Part shown: positions 49,166-59,899 of the stretch, in pieces
Layout of the letters: the number at the start of each line of letters is the position of its first letter
Position numbering within the stretch: position 1 is the first letter of the stretch
Program-made: the position numbers and the translations under genes
NCBI GenBank assembly: GCA_023150555.1
Contig: JAKLKQ010000036.1
Span: forward strand, 2,196 to 66,195
DNA length: 64,000 nucleotides
Source of the DNA: Planctomycetota bacterium
Lineage (GTDB): Bacteria; Planctomycetota; SZUA-567; H5-PLA8
Direction of reading: 5' to 3'
Notes under the pieces: generated by a model
Told to the model about the DNA's origin: nothing
Databases searched by the model: none
What the model saw: only the letters and a program-made list of their open reading frames with translations

Positions 49166-52063
49166 ATGCCACGCCTAATCCTGCCCAGAGCCCGGCTCCT
49201 GACGCTCGCCGCCTTGTGCGCCGCTTGGCTGCTGCCGAGCGGGGCGCGCGCGGGGGAGGCTGTCTGCAAGGTCGTCGCGGACAACTCCATCGCCAGCTTC
49301 GACGGCAACCCCGACGAGCGCACCGAGAACGTCGGCAACGCCAAGGAGTTGAAGATCAAGGGCATCGAGAACCAACCCATCCTCACCTTTGATCTCTCGC
49401 CCGTACCCAAAGACGCGTCCATTACCACGGCCGTACTGAGCGTGAAGCTGACCGGGCCCGAGTACGCCATCAACCAGATCGGCTACTCCACTGTGCCCAC
49501 CGAGTGGGACGAAGGCACCGGTGCGGCACCCGACGTGAAGGAGCACGCCTTCTGCTGCCACCGCTGGCCGGCCGGCGGTAAGACCTGGGCCGGCCCCGGC
49601 AGCGACATCCTCAACGTGATCCACGGCGTCGGCGGCAACGTCAACGGGTGGGTCCTGGCCAAGAAGGTGGGCGAACGCTACGAGATCGAACTGCCCGGGC
49701 GCGTCTTCGAGGCCATCCGCGCCGACCAGCCCGGCGGACTGCTGCTGATGGACGAGTCAGGACGCTGGGCCGGCAAGCGAAGCAACATATACTTCTATTC
49801 GCGCGAGGCCGGCACCGACGGCCCGGTGCTGACCGTCACCTGGAGCGACAAGAAAGACGCCGCGAAGCCTTCCACGCCGGGCCTGGCCACGGCCGAGGCC
49901 GACCTCGACGACGGAGGCGTGCTGCTCGAGATGGCCTGCGGCGGAGACGACGATGCCAAGGGCATGGCGCTGGGCTTCGACATCCGCATGCATAAAGGTG
50001 GCGCGCTCGACGCCGCCGGCTGGGAGAAGGCACAGGCGCTGCCGCGCTACCGCATCCCTCGCCCCAAGGCTTCCGGCGAGAAGCTCCGCCTGTGGGTGCA
50101 GGACCTGGAGCCCGGCGCCGAGTACGGCTTCGGCATCGTGGCCTACGACGAGGCTGGCAACCGCTCCGCGCCCGCTTTCGTGAAGGCCAAGGCCAGCGGG
50201 CCGACCGCGCCGGACCTGAAGGCCGCGCCGCTGCCTATCGCCACCGGCGGGCCTCGCAAGATCGGCGGCGCGCTGCAGCTGTGGGCGGCCGACGAACTGA
50301 CCAAGATCGATCCCGTCAGCGGCAAGACGCTGGGCGGCGAAGGCTACGCCGATACCAAGGCGGCCGAAGGCAGCGCCGTCTGGAACGGCAAGGACGGCAC
50401 GGTCGTCGTGGAAGGCGCGCGCAACGAGGCCGTCAGCTTCCGCCTGGCGGTGCAGACGGCCGGCGATGCCGGCGTCAACGGCATCACCCTCACGCCCGGC
50501 GACTTCAAGAGTGACGGCGGCGCGATCGAGGCCCGGCACGTTCGGCTGCTGCGCGAGTGGTACCTAAAGAGCGAACAGAACTGGTACGGCGAGGCTTTGC
50601 CGGTCCTGAACGAAAAGGACGGCGGGAAGTTCGACGTGCCCGCTAAGGACAACGTCGTGCCCGGCCAGACGGTGCAGACGATCTTCGTCGAGATCCAGAT
50701 CCCGAAGGACGCCAAGCCTGGCCTGTACCAGGGCGCGCTGGCCGTCGCCGCAGGCGACGCGAAGGGCGAACTGCCCGTCGCGCTGAACGTCCACGAGGCC
50801 GTGCTGCCCGATGAACTGACCTACGTGATCGAACTCAATGCGTACGGCCAGGGCAACAAGGACGACTTCTACGCCATCCACCGCCTCGCACACCGCTTCC
50901 GCCTGGGCTACAACACCCTGGGGTACGGCCACAGCGGCGGCACCTCGCTGCCGTTCATTCCCAAGATCAACGGCGAAGGCGCCGAGTCCACCATCGCCGA
51001 CTGGTCGGCGTGGGACGACTGGATGGGCCCGCTGCTGGACGGCTCGGCCTTCAAGGACCTGCCGCGCGGCGCGGTGCCGATCCCACACTTCTACCTGCCC
51101 TTCTTCGAGAACTACCCGGCCTCGGTGCACACCGAGTACCTGGGCGGCAAGATTCACGCCGCGCGCCCCAAGATGTCGAAAGAAGACTGGCCCTTCTTCA
51201 TGTGCCAGAACGACGTCTTCGTCGCCGACGGGTTCAGCGATAAATGGAAGGCCGCGGCAAGGAAAATCGCCAGCGAGTACGTGAGGCACTTTGAGGAGAA
51301 GGCCTGGACACGCACGCAGTTCCAGATCTTCGCCAACAACAAGGTCTTCAAGGGCGGCGACAAGGCCACGGCGTTGTGGTGTCTCGACGAACCCAGCTTC
51401 GGGCGCGACTTTCACGCCATCGCGTTCCTGTACCGCAGCTTTCAGGAGCCGTTCAAGGGTTCCAAGCTGCGCTGGACCACGCGCGGCGATATCTCCCGGC
51501 CCGAGTGGCAGGGCGACCGGCTGGACGGCGCCTGCGAGACCGTCGTCGTCAGCGGCGCGTTCTACGGCAACCAGGATATCATTCAGCGCCGGCGCGTGGA
51601 GCAGGGCGACAAGTACTGGCTCTACGGCGGCGGCGGCAGTTTGGGCGCCGACAAGGATCTCGCGCAGCTCGATGCCTACTACGTGAAGTCCTGGTCCCTG
51701 GGTACCGACGGCGGCCTGGCCTATTGGACCAGCTTCCACGGCAATCAGTGGGACGAGAACGATCCGCTGGCCATCGTCGTCGGCCCCAAGAACGGATACT
51801 CCACCCGCGCCACCGCCACCGGACGCCTGGCCGCGCAGCGCCGCGCACAGCAGGACGCCGAGTTGCTCAACCTTCTCAGCGCGAAGAAGGGCTGGTCACG
51901 CCGCCAGGTCGCGCGCGCCGTGGCCAAGGCTATCAACCTCGAGGCCGACTCCACCAGCAAGGGCGCGGACGATCCCGGCGACATCCGTTTCCGTGCCATC
52001 GACGCCGCCAAGCTCGCCCAGGTGCGCGCCGCCGTCTACCGCCTGCTCGACCAGAAGGACTGA
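49166..52063 (+). CDS. Large secreted modular protein, probable glycoside-hydrolase-like (DNRLRE-like + FN3 + GH123/DUF4091-like)
   Basis: GAGGAG RBS; signal peptide; FDLSPVP..ASITTAVL; LEPGAEY...AYDEAGNRS; GARNEAVSF, IPKDAKPGLYQG, LDEP, RRAQQDAE. Confidence 0.6.
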   Translation: MPRLILPRARLLTLAALCAAWLLPSGARAGEAVCKVVADNSIASFDGNPDERTENVGNAKELKIKGIENQPILTFDLSPVPKDASITTAVLSVKLTGPEYAINQIGYSTVPTEWDEGTGAAPDVKEHAFCCHRWPAGGKTWAGPGSDILNVIHGVGGNVNGWVLAKKVGERYEIELPGRVFEAIRADQPGGLLLMDESGRWAGKRSNIYFYSREAGTDGPVLTVTWSDKKDAAKPSTPGLATAEADLDDGGVLLEMACGGDDDAKGMALGFDIRMHKGGALDAAGWEKAQALPRYRIPRPKASGEKLRLWVQDLEPGAEYGFGIVAYDEAGNRSAPAFVKAKASGPTAPDLKAAPLPIATGGPRKIGGALQLWAADELTKIDPVSGKTLGGEGYADTKAAEGSAVWNGKDGTVVVEGARNEAVSFRLAVQTAGDAGVNGITLTPGDFKSDGGAIEARHVRLLREWYLKSEQNWYGEALPVLNEKDGGKFDVPAKDNVVPGQTVQTIFVEIQIPKDAKPGLYQGALAVAAGDAKGELPVALNVHEAVLPDELTYVIELNAYGQGNKDDFYAIHRLAHRFRLGYNTLGYGHSGGTSLPFIPKINGEGAESTIADWSAWDDWMGPLLDGSAFKDLPRGAVPIPHFYLPFFENYPASVHTEYLGGKIHAARPKMSKEDWPFFMCQNDVFVADGFSDKWKAAARKIASEYVRHFEEKAWTRTQFQIFANNKVFKGGDKATALWCLDEPSFGRDFHAIAFLYRSFQEPFKGSKLRWTTRGDISRPEWQGDRLDGACETVVVSGAFYGNQDIIQRRRVEQGDKYWLYGGGGSLGADKDLAQLDAYYVKSWSLGTDGGLAYWTSFHGNQWDENDPLAIVVGPKNGYSTRATATGRLAAQRRAQQDAELLNLLSAKKGWSRRQVARAVAKAINLEADSTSKGADDPGDIRFRAIDAAKLAQVRAAVYRLLDQKD

Positions 52064-52106
52064 TCGGGACATCCAGCCGGACATCTCTTTGCAGAGGAAA
52101 CTCACG

Positions 52107-53789
52107 ATGCGCTGGTCGCTTGATCTGAAGTCACCGCACTTGGTCGCCGGTTCCCACGGCCTTGGCCTGCCGGCGGAGAAACTCGAGGCCGTCGCCCCCA
52201 CGCTCGCGCTGGGCCCCGACACCGCCGGACGCACTGCCAAGGTCTGGATCGCCAGCGACGGCGTGCGCGCCGAAGTTGCGGTGACGGCCTGCGGCGTCGC
52301 CGGCGCTTCGCCGCGGCCCGACTTTCCCGAGTGGTACTTCCGCAACCACATCGTCGTGACCTTCAACCCCACCCACGACCACGGTACGCGCTGGATGTAC
52401 AGCGTGGACGATTCAGGCAAGGCCGAAGGCGGCTCGGTCTACACCGCACCCGGCGAGGAATCCGGCGAAGGCCCCAGCAAGACCAACGAAAAGCCGCCCG
52501 CGGCCCATGGCGAATTCCGCGCGCTTCAGGAGCACGCCTACTTCGCGCGGCTGACCCTGCCCGCCGAGGCGCTGGGCACCTCGCCCGAAGTCCCCGCGGG
52601 GCTGATGCTGAAGGTCGGATTCCACGAGGAGGTCATCGTCACCCCGCTGCAGTGGCCGCAGCCGGTGCGCTGGTCCAACGACATGCCCCTGACCTTCGGC
52701 GACGTGTACACGAAGGCCCCGGTGGTCGCCGTCGAGCGCGTCGAGTTTCCCGAGCCCGCGTGGGGAGGCGCGCCCAGCAGCGTCGTGCTGCATCTGCGCC
52801 GCGCGAAGAACGCGCCCGCTTCGGGCACCGTGCACGTCGAAGTAAACCTGCCGACCGACAGCGAGACCCGCCAGCCCGACGCGACCTGGAAGGGCGACGG
52901 AGAGACGCTGGCCGTGCGCGTGCCGGTGGTCTTCCCGCACCGCGGCAAGTGGGCCAACGGTTTTCACGACATCGCGCGCCTGCGCCTGGCGCTGCACGAT
53001 TCCGAAGAGAGACGCCAGTGGGCCGGCGAGTTTCCCTTCGGATTCGACGCCGGAGTGATCGTTCGCGAACGCTACGGGCGCCAGGGCAAGCCGCTCGCGC
53101 CGCGCCCGGACAAGAGCGACCCCGACTTCGTGAACAAGATCCGCGCCTACCTACTGTCCCGCCTGCCCGACTACCGCCCGCGCACCACGCGCGAGGGCGC
53201 GCCGTCCGACTTCTACCTCGAGGACCGCGACGGGTTGGCCCACCTGGATCTCTCGGCTGCCGACGCGCTCGACCAGGTTGCCGCGCTTTTGGCCGAACGC
53301 TTCGGCGACTGGCAGGACGCGCTGTGCGGCGCAGCGCTGTGGATGTACCACCCGCGCGTGACGCGCCATTCGGGCACCTGGTCCAGCGTCTCGGGCAAAT
53401 GCGAGGTGCGTTCGATCCCGCGCATGGGCGGATGCTTCTGCGGCGACACCACGCGCCTGGGCGCGAGCCTGGCCGAACGCATCGGGAAGAAGATGAACGT
53501 GGAACTGAAAGGTCTCTCGATGGGCCTGCGCGGGCACCTGACCACACTGGTCCGCACGCCTATCGGGCGGGTGGTCATCGACGGCATGCACGGCATGTTC
53601 TACCACGCGCTGGACAACACGCGGCTGGCGACGCTGGAGGAGCTGCGCGAGCAGCGCGAGGTCTCCGAGCGCATGTGGTACTACCCGAAGGCAGGCGGCC
53701 ACCACTTCTTCTACAAGAACTACGCTCAAGTAATCCGCCCGTGGGTGGATGGCCCCCTGGAGTGGCCCTCCGGGGAGTCGGAAACCTAG
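52107..53789 (+). CDS. Hypothetical protein with a putative transglutaminase-like C-terminal domain
   Basis: GAGGA RBS; GGCFCGD...GHL...VIDG spacing resembles a Cys-His-Asp triad. Confidence 0.6.
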   Translation: MRWSLDLKSPHLVAGSHGLGLPAEKLEAVAPTLALGPDTAGRTAKVWIASDGVRAEVAVTACGVAGASPRPDFPEWYFRNHIVVTFNPTHDHGTRWMYSVDDSGKAEGGSVYTAPGEESGEGPSKTNEKPPAAHGEFRALQEHAYFARLTLPAEALGTSPEVPAGLMLKVGFHEEVIVTPLQWPQPVRWSNDMPLTFGDVYTKAPVVAVERVEFPEPAWGGAPSSVVLHLRRAKNAPASGTVHVEVNLPTDSETRQPDATWKGDGETLAVRVPVVFPHRGKWANGFHDIARLRLALHDSEERRQWAGEFPFGFDAGVIVRERYGRQGKPLAPRPDKSDPDFVNKIRAYLLSRLPDYRPRTTREGAPSDFYLEDRDGLAHLDLSAADALDQVAALLAERFGDWQDALCGAALWMYHPRVTRHSGTWSSVSGKCEVRSIPRMGGCFCGDTTRLGASLAERIGKKMNVELKGLSMGLRGHLTTLVRTPIGRVVIDGMHGMFYHALDNTRLATLEELREQREVSERMWYYPKAGGHHFFYKNYAQVIRPWVDGPLEWPSGESET

Positions 53790-53844
53790 GCCCGGAAGCA
53801 AGTTACACGATCAGTGCGGGATTCCATAAGGGGCGCGGTCCGCC

Positions 53845-53873
53845 TTGACAGCATCCTCGTTGGTAAGTACCTT
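53845..53873 (+). promoter_or_regulatory. Sigma70 promoter
   Basis: TTGACA-17 nt-TACCTT; favours a start at 53931 or 53946 rather than 53814. Confidence 0.55.
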
Positions 53874-53930
53874 GGCAGCGCTTCCAACGCGACTTTTTCA
53901 ACCTCCCGACGTTTGGATCCGGGGCGGCGC

Positions 53931-56900
53931 ATGTCATTGACCCGCATGAACTTGAGCGCTGCATTCTGCACCGCCTGGCTGCTCCTGCCGGCGCTTGCCC
54001 TGCATGCGGCAAATGCACCCAAGCCGATCGGCGATAAGGAATGGCAGGATGGTCAGCTGTCGCCCGAAAAGATCCGCGAGCACGTCGAGCAACTCAGCAA
54101 ACTGACTTCCCGCGTCGCCGGGTACCCCGGCGCCGAACAGGCACGCGACTACATCGTGAAATGCCTTGGCGGGATGGGCTACGCCGACGGTACCCAGGAC
54201 CGCGACGAACCGGCCGAAAACGATCTTTTCAACCGCGTCGGTTCGCACCGATTCTGGGGCCTGACGCCGGTCGATAAGGGCAACGGGCGCCTCAAGTTCA
54301 CCAGCACACCGCTCTCCGACCTCCCCGCCACCCTGCCCGTCTATGCCGTCTGGCCCAACGGGGGCGCGGTCACCTCCACGGGGCCCCAGGGATTGACCGG
54401 TCCCCTGCTGTACGGCCACACGGGCAAGCCCGAAGACTTTGATGGGATGAAAGTAAGCGGCGCCATCGTGATGCTTGACCTGACCGCCCAGACCGACTGG
54501 ACCATCGCGGCGGGACTTGGCGCGCAGGCGGTGCTGCTGGTCGAACCCGCCGACGTGCGGCGTCCGGACATGGAAAACCTGTACCTGAACACGCCGGTCG
54601 AGTTCCCGCGCCTGTGGCTGCGCCGCGAGCACGGTGAAAACCTCAAGCGCGCGCTGGAAGCCAACACGCAGGCCGGGCAGCCCGCGCCGGAGGTGAATGT
54701 CTACGCGCGCATGACCTGGGAAAACAACATTTGGGAGAACCTGTACCTGCTCGTTCCGGGCAAAGACGGCCCCGGCAAGGACACGGTGATCCTGTCCGCG
54801 TATTACGACTCCAACTCCATCGTGCCGGCCTTGGCACCAGGGGCCGAACAGGCTCTCTCGTGCGCGACGCTGCTGGAGGTGGCGCGTTCGTTCAAGGCGC
54901 ATCCGCCGGAGCGCGACACGCTGCTGCTGTTCTGCGCCGGGCACTTCCAGGGCCTGAAGGGCGAACGGGAATTCTTCGCCGAGATCGAGAAACTGCCCAA
55001 GGCCGACAGCGACCAGAAACTTTATACGCTCCGCACTAAGCGCCTGATCCTACAAGACATGGCGCGCCGGTTCGCGGAAGGCGGTGAGCAAGCGCTGGCC
55101 TCGGAGGACAGCCGGGCGCGGCTGCTGGCCATGTCTGAAGAGTCGGTCAAGGAGGTGGATGCCGACGCCGACGCCAAGGCCGCAGCCTACAGCGTGGCAG
55201 AGGCCCAAAACCAGCACAAGTACTCCTGGGCAGGAATTACCTTCGGCATCCTGCTGGTCTTCTTCGGCATTTATGCTCTGCTGCGCATCCAACGCGGGCG
55301 CACGGCCATCGCGACCGTCTCCTTCTCGCTGGGCGCCATCGTGCTGCTCATGCTGGTGGGCCTGCCCATGGCCAAACAGCACCTGCGCAGCGCCGAGAAG
55401 ATCGCCGACGGCCCCCGGCGCCTGGAAGACATGCTCAACCTGATCAAGGAAGAAGTCGCCACGCAAGAGACCGCCATCGAGCGCAAGATTCGAGAAAAAC
55501 GCGGAATCCTTTTTCACAAGGACGATGACACCGCGGAAGCCGCTGCGGACGCTGGCGACGTGAAGGCGCTCGAAGAGCAGTTGCAGCAACTTCGAGACCG
55601 GCGCCTGGCCTACGAACACGCCGGCCGCCTGCTGTACATCAATTCGGCCTCCGGGCATGGCCAGCGACCGCCCGAAGACCCGCACGAACTGTGGGCGCTT
55701 ATCGCACCCGCCCTTAAGACCGCGCAGGCGCGCATCCGCAAGGAACTGGACTGGGCGGTAGCCGAGACCGACCGTCGCGAACGCAACCGTCCCTTTAAGG
55801 CGCTGATCGATGCACGGCTGCCGTCAGCAGAGAAGGCCACCGAGCGGAAGGATGACGAGAACCGTCCCAAGATCGTCTTCCTGACCCTGGATCTTTCCGC
55901 CGGCAGCCCGGCCCTTGGCGCCTTCTATTCCGGCGCGATGTACAACAAGACCATCGACGGCCCCTACAGCAATTTCGGCAAGCAGGTCTCCCAGCCGATC
56001 GCGGAGGCCGTGGAACGCAGGATGGGTGTCGAGGAACTGGGCACCCTGATCGCCAACACCATGAAGTACGGCAAGGACACCGACTACGGCGAGCGCCACA
56101 GCCGGCTTTGGTACACCTACCTGCCCACCGAACTCGCTTTGGCTGCCGAAGTCGGCGTGCAGGCGACGATCCGATCCCTCACCTTCGCCACTACCTACGA
56201 TCACCGCATGGTCTGGGACACGCCGCAGGACGACGGCGCCCCCGAACGCCTCAACTGGGCCAACGTCCGCATCCAGGCACAGATGGCGGGGCCCCTGCTG
56301 CGGCGCTACATTGGCGCCGAAAAACTTCTCGAGTCCAACCGCTTCTCCAACATCAAGAACACCGGCTTATGCCAAGTCACCTTCCACGCCGTGCGCCGGG
56401 GCGGCACGCGCAGCCTGTTCCCCAACGTACCCGTGGACCAGGCGGTCTTCTTCAAGATCAACGAACGCCGCAACGCCGCCGGCGTGCGCCTGCCGCTATC
56501 CGAAATGACCAATCCGCTGGGTAACGTGGTCATGAACGGCCTCGTCGAAGATTACCGCGTCAATATCGAGACCACCGCCTGCGATCCCGACACCGGCGAG
56601 ATCGTCGCGGCCCTGAACAAAGCCAAGCAGCGCATCGACGTCAACAACAGCTTCAGCTTCATCGGCAAGCGCATGGTCTACGAGACCGTGGAACTCTGCC
56701 GCGTCCAGGGCCTGGCCATTCTGGACGTGCTCGATCCCGGCCGCCTAGTTGTCCTGAAGAAGGTCAATCTTCTGGCCGCGCAGACCGAATCGCGCCCCCT
56801 GGAGTTCGGCAGCAGCCACCCGTACGACAGCGAACCGCACCGCGTGGTCTTCGCCGAGCCCAATTCGCGCATCAAGTGCCTCTTCAGCGAAGGCCAGTTC

Positions 56901-59846
56901 GGCGTGCGCCTGGCGCTGCTGGGCGTGCCCAGGTCGACCTTGAAGAAGCTCCTGGATCCGGCACAGGCCGGCGCTGTGGAGAAGAGTGAAGCGCGCGGGC
57001 CCGGCGTTAAACTCGGCACGCGCAAGGTCGTCGACTGGCTGCCGCTGCGCACCGCCACCGACCTGTGGAGCATCAGTGCGCAGCGACTGCTCGAGATGCA
57101 AAAGCACTCCATCGGCAACGCCAAACTCTACAACCCCGCCTACCCCGGGCCCTACTCGTCCGGAACCGTCACCGTCCAGAACGGCGATGCGACGGTGCGG
57201 GGCCAAGGCACCGCGTGGGACGAAGGCGTCGTCAACCTGCCGTTCAAGGTCCTGGGCGTACCGGGGGCCTACCGCGTCGAAGAACTGAAGGCCGATGGCA
57301 GCCTGCGCCTGGACCGCGGCTACGAAGGCCTCTCCGTGGCCGGCGCGAAGTTCGTCCTAAGCAGCGAAGAACCCGGCCTGCACAACCTCGCGCGGCAACG
57401 CCTGGAGGAAGCCCTGGCGGCGCGGGCGGCCGGCCGCGTAAGCGAGTCCTGGCGCAAGGGCATGGAAGCATGGAGCATCGAGTCGCGAGCCTTCCCTGGG
57501 GTGCTGGGCACCGCGAACGATTCGGTGATGGGCGTCGTCTTTTACCTGTTCCTGCTGTTGCCGTTCTGCTTCTTCCTCGAGCGGCTGATCCTTGCCTGCA
57601 AGAAGATCGAGCGCCAGATCGCGGCCTTCTTCGCGATGTTCACGTCGGTCTTCGCGCTGCTGTGGTTCGTGCACCCGGCCTTCAATCTGGTGGCCGCGCC
57701 GCCGATCATCCTGCTGGCCTTCATCATCATGACGCTGGCGGGCATCGTCATCGCCATCGTGTACGGAAAGTTCAACAGCGAAATGCACCTGATGCAGGCC
57801 GGCATGCAGGGCGTGCAGTCGGCGGACGTGAACCGCGCCAGCGCCGCCGTCGTCGCGGTGTCCCTGGGCATCAGCCAGATGCGGCGGCGCAAGTTCCGCA
57901 CCTTCCTCACGGCCCTCACCGTCGTCCTGCTGACCTTCACCGCGCTCAGCTTCACCAGCCTGGTGCCCAGCCTGGGGACCGCGAGCATCGACCTCTCGCC
58001 CGGCAACGAGAAGGACGCCCCCTACCAGGGCATCCTGCTGCGGCAGCTGAACTGGGACCCGATGCGCACCGAGGCGTACGACCAGTTCGAACGCGTGTTG
58101 GCCGCCGACGGCATCCGCTGCGCGCCGCGCTTCTGGTTTAACAAGTGGCCCACGCAGGACGAAAAGTCCCGCGGCCAGACACCGCGCGACCGCTACTTCG
58201 ACCTTGTGCCCGAGGACCGCGCCGGCGACCCGCTGGCCGACGCGAAGCGCGTGGTCTCGCTCCAAAGCCTGCTTGGCCTTTCGCCGCAAGAACGCCAGAT
58301 CTTTCGGACCGCGGGCAAGGATCCCATCCAGGACGCGATGGTGGCCGGCGAATGGCTCGCGGACGGCGAACGCGATGTCTGCCTGCTGCCACTGGAAGTC
58401 GTCGAAGCGCTGCAACTCGGCAAGCCCGAGGACGAGGCTTGGCGCCCCGACCACGCCATCGGCAAGCGCCTGCGGCTAGGCAGCTACACCGTCACGCTGA
58501 AAGGCATCTTCAACGCCGAGAAATTCGCCGAGATCACGGACCTCGACGGCGAACAGCTCACGCCCGTCGACTACACCAGCAGCGAATCTTCCCGCGGCGC
58601 GCAGGAGACGTCCGCCGGCGCCGCCGGCGTCGAGAACCTCAGCCCCACCACCCTGCAAAGCAACATCCACGTGATGGCCGCGCAGACGGTGATCGTGCCC
58701 TGGCAGATGGCCGCGCTCCTGGGCGGGGAACTGCGCGCGGTGGCCGCGCGCGTCGATGACCCCGCGCACCTGTCCTTCACCATCGACCGCCTGCTGAAGC
58801 TGCTCGAGAAGAATGTCTTCGTGGGCCAGGACGGCCGCCGCCGCATCTACGCGTCGACCGGAAAGACCAGCCTCGCCGGACTGGAGAACCTGATCGTACC
58901 TCTGCTGATCTCGGTATTGATCATCCTCAATACGATGATCGGCGCCGTCTACGAGCGCGAACGCGAGATCACCATCTTCAGCGCGCTGGGCCTGTCGCCC
59001 TCTCACATCTCGGCGCTGTTCCTGGCCGAGGCCTTCGTCTACGCGACGCTGGGCGCGCTACTGGGCTACCTGTTGGGCCAGGGCGTGGCGAAGTTCATCC
59101 AGGTCTGGGGCGAGCAGCTAGGCATCGGCGGCCTGTACCTCAACTACTCCTCCAGTTCGGCGGTCTTCGTCACCGCCATCGTGATGCTTTCGGTACTCGC
59201 ATCCACCATCTACCCGGCCATCCGCGCCGCGCGGGCCGCCTCGCCGTCCGAAGAGCGCAGCTGGTCGGTGCCCGCACCGGTGGGCAATGAGATCTCGCTG
59301 GAGCTGCCCTTCAGCTTTCAGCGCGACCTGGTCCCGGGCGTGGCACTGTTCCTGCACGAATTCTTCGACAACCACGCGGAGTCGACGGTCGGCAAGTTCA
59401 CCGCGCGCGAGGTGACGCTCGAGGCCTTCCACACCGACCAAGGCCAGGGCGTCTGCCTCTTCTTCCTCTCGTGGCTGTCGCCCTACGACCTGGGCGTATC
59501 GCAGGAGGCGCAGCTGTACATCGTGCCGACGGACCAGGGCCTGTACATCTCCGAGGCCTCGTTCTTCCGCATATCCGGGCACCTGGACGCCTGGCAACGC
59601 GTGAACTTGCCGTTTCTCAACGCGCTGCGCAAGCATCTGCTGATTTGGCGCACATATTCTCCCGAGCAGCGGCACGAGTACTCGCTGCGCGGGTACCTGC
59701 AGTTCCAGGAGGCCTTCGAGGCGGTCGGCTGGCCGCCGCCGGAGGGCCTCGAACCCGGCGAGCCCGACCCGGACCTGGTTCCTTCGCACGGGCCGAACGA
59801 GGGCCCCGCGGGACCGGCGACGGTGGTCGTGACCTCAACGGCATGA
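53931..59846 (+). CDS. Giant membrane protein: PA/M28-peptidase-like ectodomain + FtsX-like permease
   Basis: Signal peptide; SRVAGYPGAEQA, ILSAYYDS, APGAEQ, GHFQGL; TM bundles; NTMIGAVYEREREITIFSALGLSP FtsX motif. Confidence 0.8.
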   Translation: MSLTRMNLSAAFCTAWLLLPALALHAANAPKPIGDKEWQDGQLSPEKIREHVEQLSKLTSRVAGYPGAEQARDYIVKCLGGMGYADGTQDRDEPAENDLFNRVGSHRFWGLTPVDKGNGRLKFTSTPLSDLPATLPVYAVWPNGGAVTSTGPQGLTGPLLYGHTGKPEDFDGMKVSGAIVMLDLTAQTDWTIAAGLGAQAVLLVEPADVRRPDMENLYLNTPVEFPRLWLRREHGENLKRALEANTQAGQPAPEVNVYARMTWENNIWENLYLLVPGKDGPGKDTVILSAYYDSNSIVPALAPGAEQALSCATLLEVARSFKAHPPERDTLLLFCAGHFQGLKGEREFFAEIEKLPKADSDQKLYTLRTKRLILQDMARRFAEGGEQALASEDSRARLLAMSEESVKEVDADADAKAAAYSVAEAQNQHKYSWAGITFGILLVFFGIYALLRIQRGRTAIATVSFSLGAIVLLMLVGLPMAKQHLRSAEKIADGPRRLEDMLNLIKEEVATQETAIERKIREKRGILFHKDDDTAEAAADAGDVKALEEQLQQLRDRRLAYEHAGRLLYINSASGHGQRPPEDPHELWALIAPALKTAQARIRKELDWAVAETDRRERNRPFKALIDARLPSAEKATERKDDENRPKIVFLTLDLSAGSPALGAFYSGAMYNKTIDGPYSNFGKQVSQPIAEAVERRMGVEELGTLIANTMKYGKDTDYGERHSRLWYTYLPTELALAAEVGVQATIRSLTFATTYDHRMVWDTPQDDGAPERLNWANVRIQAQMAGPLLRRYIGAEKLLESNRFSNIKNTGLCQVTFHAVRRGGTRSLFPNVPVDQAVFFKINERRNAAGVRLPLSEMTNPLGNVVMNGLVEDYRVNIETTACDPDTGEIVAALNKAKQRIDVNNSFSFIGKRMVYETVELCRVQGLAILDVLDPGRLVVLKKVNLLAAQTESRPLEFGSSHPYDSEPHRVVFAEPNSRIKCLFSEGQFGVRLALLGVPRSTLKKLLDPAQAGAVEKSEARGPGVKLGTRKVVDWLPLRTATDLWSISAQRLLEMQKHSIGNAKLYNPAYPGPYSSGTVTVQNGDATVRGQGTAWDEGVVNLPFKVLGVPGAYRVEELKADGSLRLDRGYEGLSVAGAKFVLSSEEPGLHNLARQRLEEALAARAAGRVSESWRKGMEAWSIESRAFPGVLGTANDSVMGVVFYLFLLLPFCFFLERLILACKKIERQIAAFFAMFTSVFALLWFVHPAFNLVAAPPIILLAFIIMTLAGIVIAIVYGKFNSEMHLMQAGMQGVQSADVNRASAAVVAVSLGISQMRRRKFRTFLTALTVVLLTFTALSFTSLVPSLGTASIDLSPGNEKDAPYQGILLRQLNWDPMRTEAYDQFERVLAADGIRCAPRFWFNKWPTQDEKSRGQTPRDRYFDLVPEDRAGDPLADAKRVVSLQSLLGLSPQERQIFRTAGKDPIQDAMVAGEWLADGERDVCLLPLEVVEALQLGKPEDEAWRPDHAIGKRLRLGSYTVTLKGIFNAEKFAEITDLDGEQLTPVDYTSSESSRGAQETSAGAAGVENLSPTTLQSNIHVMAAQTVIVPWQMAALLGGELRAVAARVDDPAHLSFTIDRLLKLLEKNVFVGQDGRRRIYASTGKTSLAGLENLIVPLLISVLIILNTMIGAVYEREREITIFSALGLSPSHISALFLAEAFVYATLGALLGYLLGQGVAKFIQVWGEQLGIGGLYLNYSSSSAVFVTAIVMLSVLASTIYPAIRAARAASPSEERSWSVPAPVGNEISLELPFSFQRDLVPGVALFLHEFFDNHAESTVGKFTAREVTLEAFHTDQGQGVCLFFLSWLSPYDLGVSQEAQLYIVPTDQGLYISEASFFRISGHLDAWQRVNLPFLNALRKHLLIWRTYSPEQRHEYSLRGYLQFQEAFEAVGWPPPEGLEPGEPDPDLVPSHGPNEGPAGPATVVVTSTA

Positions 59847-59899
59847 GGGCGTTCGTAAACGGGCGGTAAGCGGTTCAGGAAAATCGGACAGGCGGAAAC

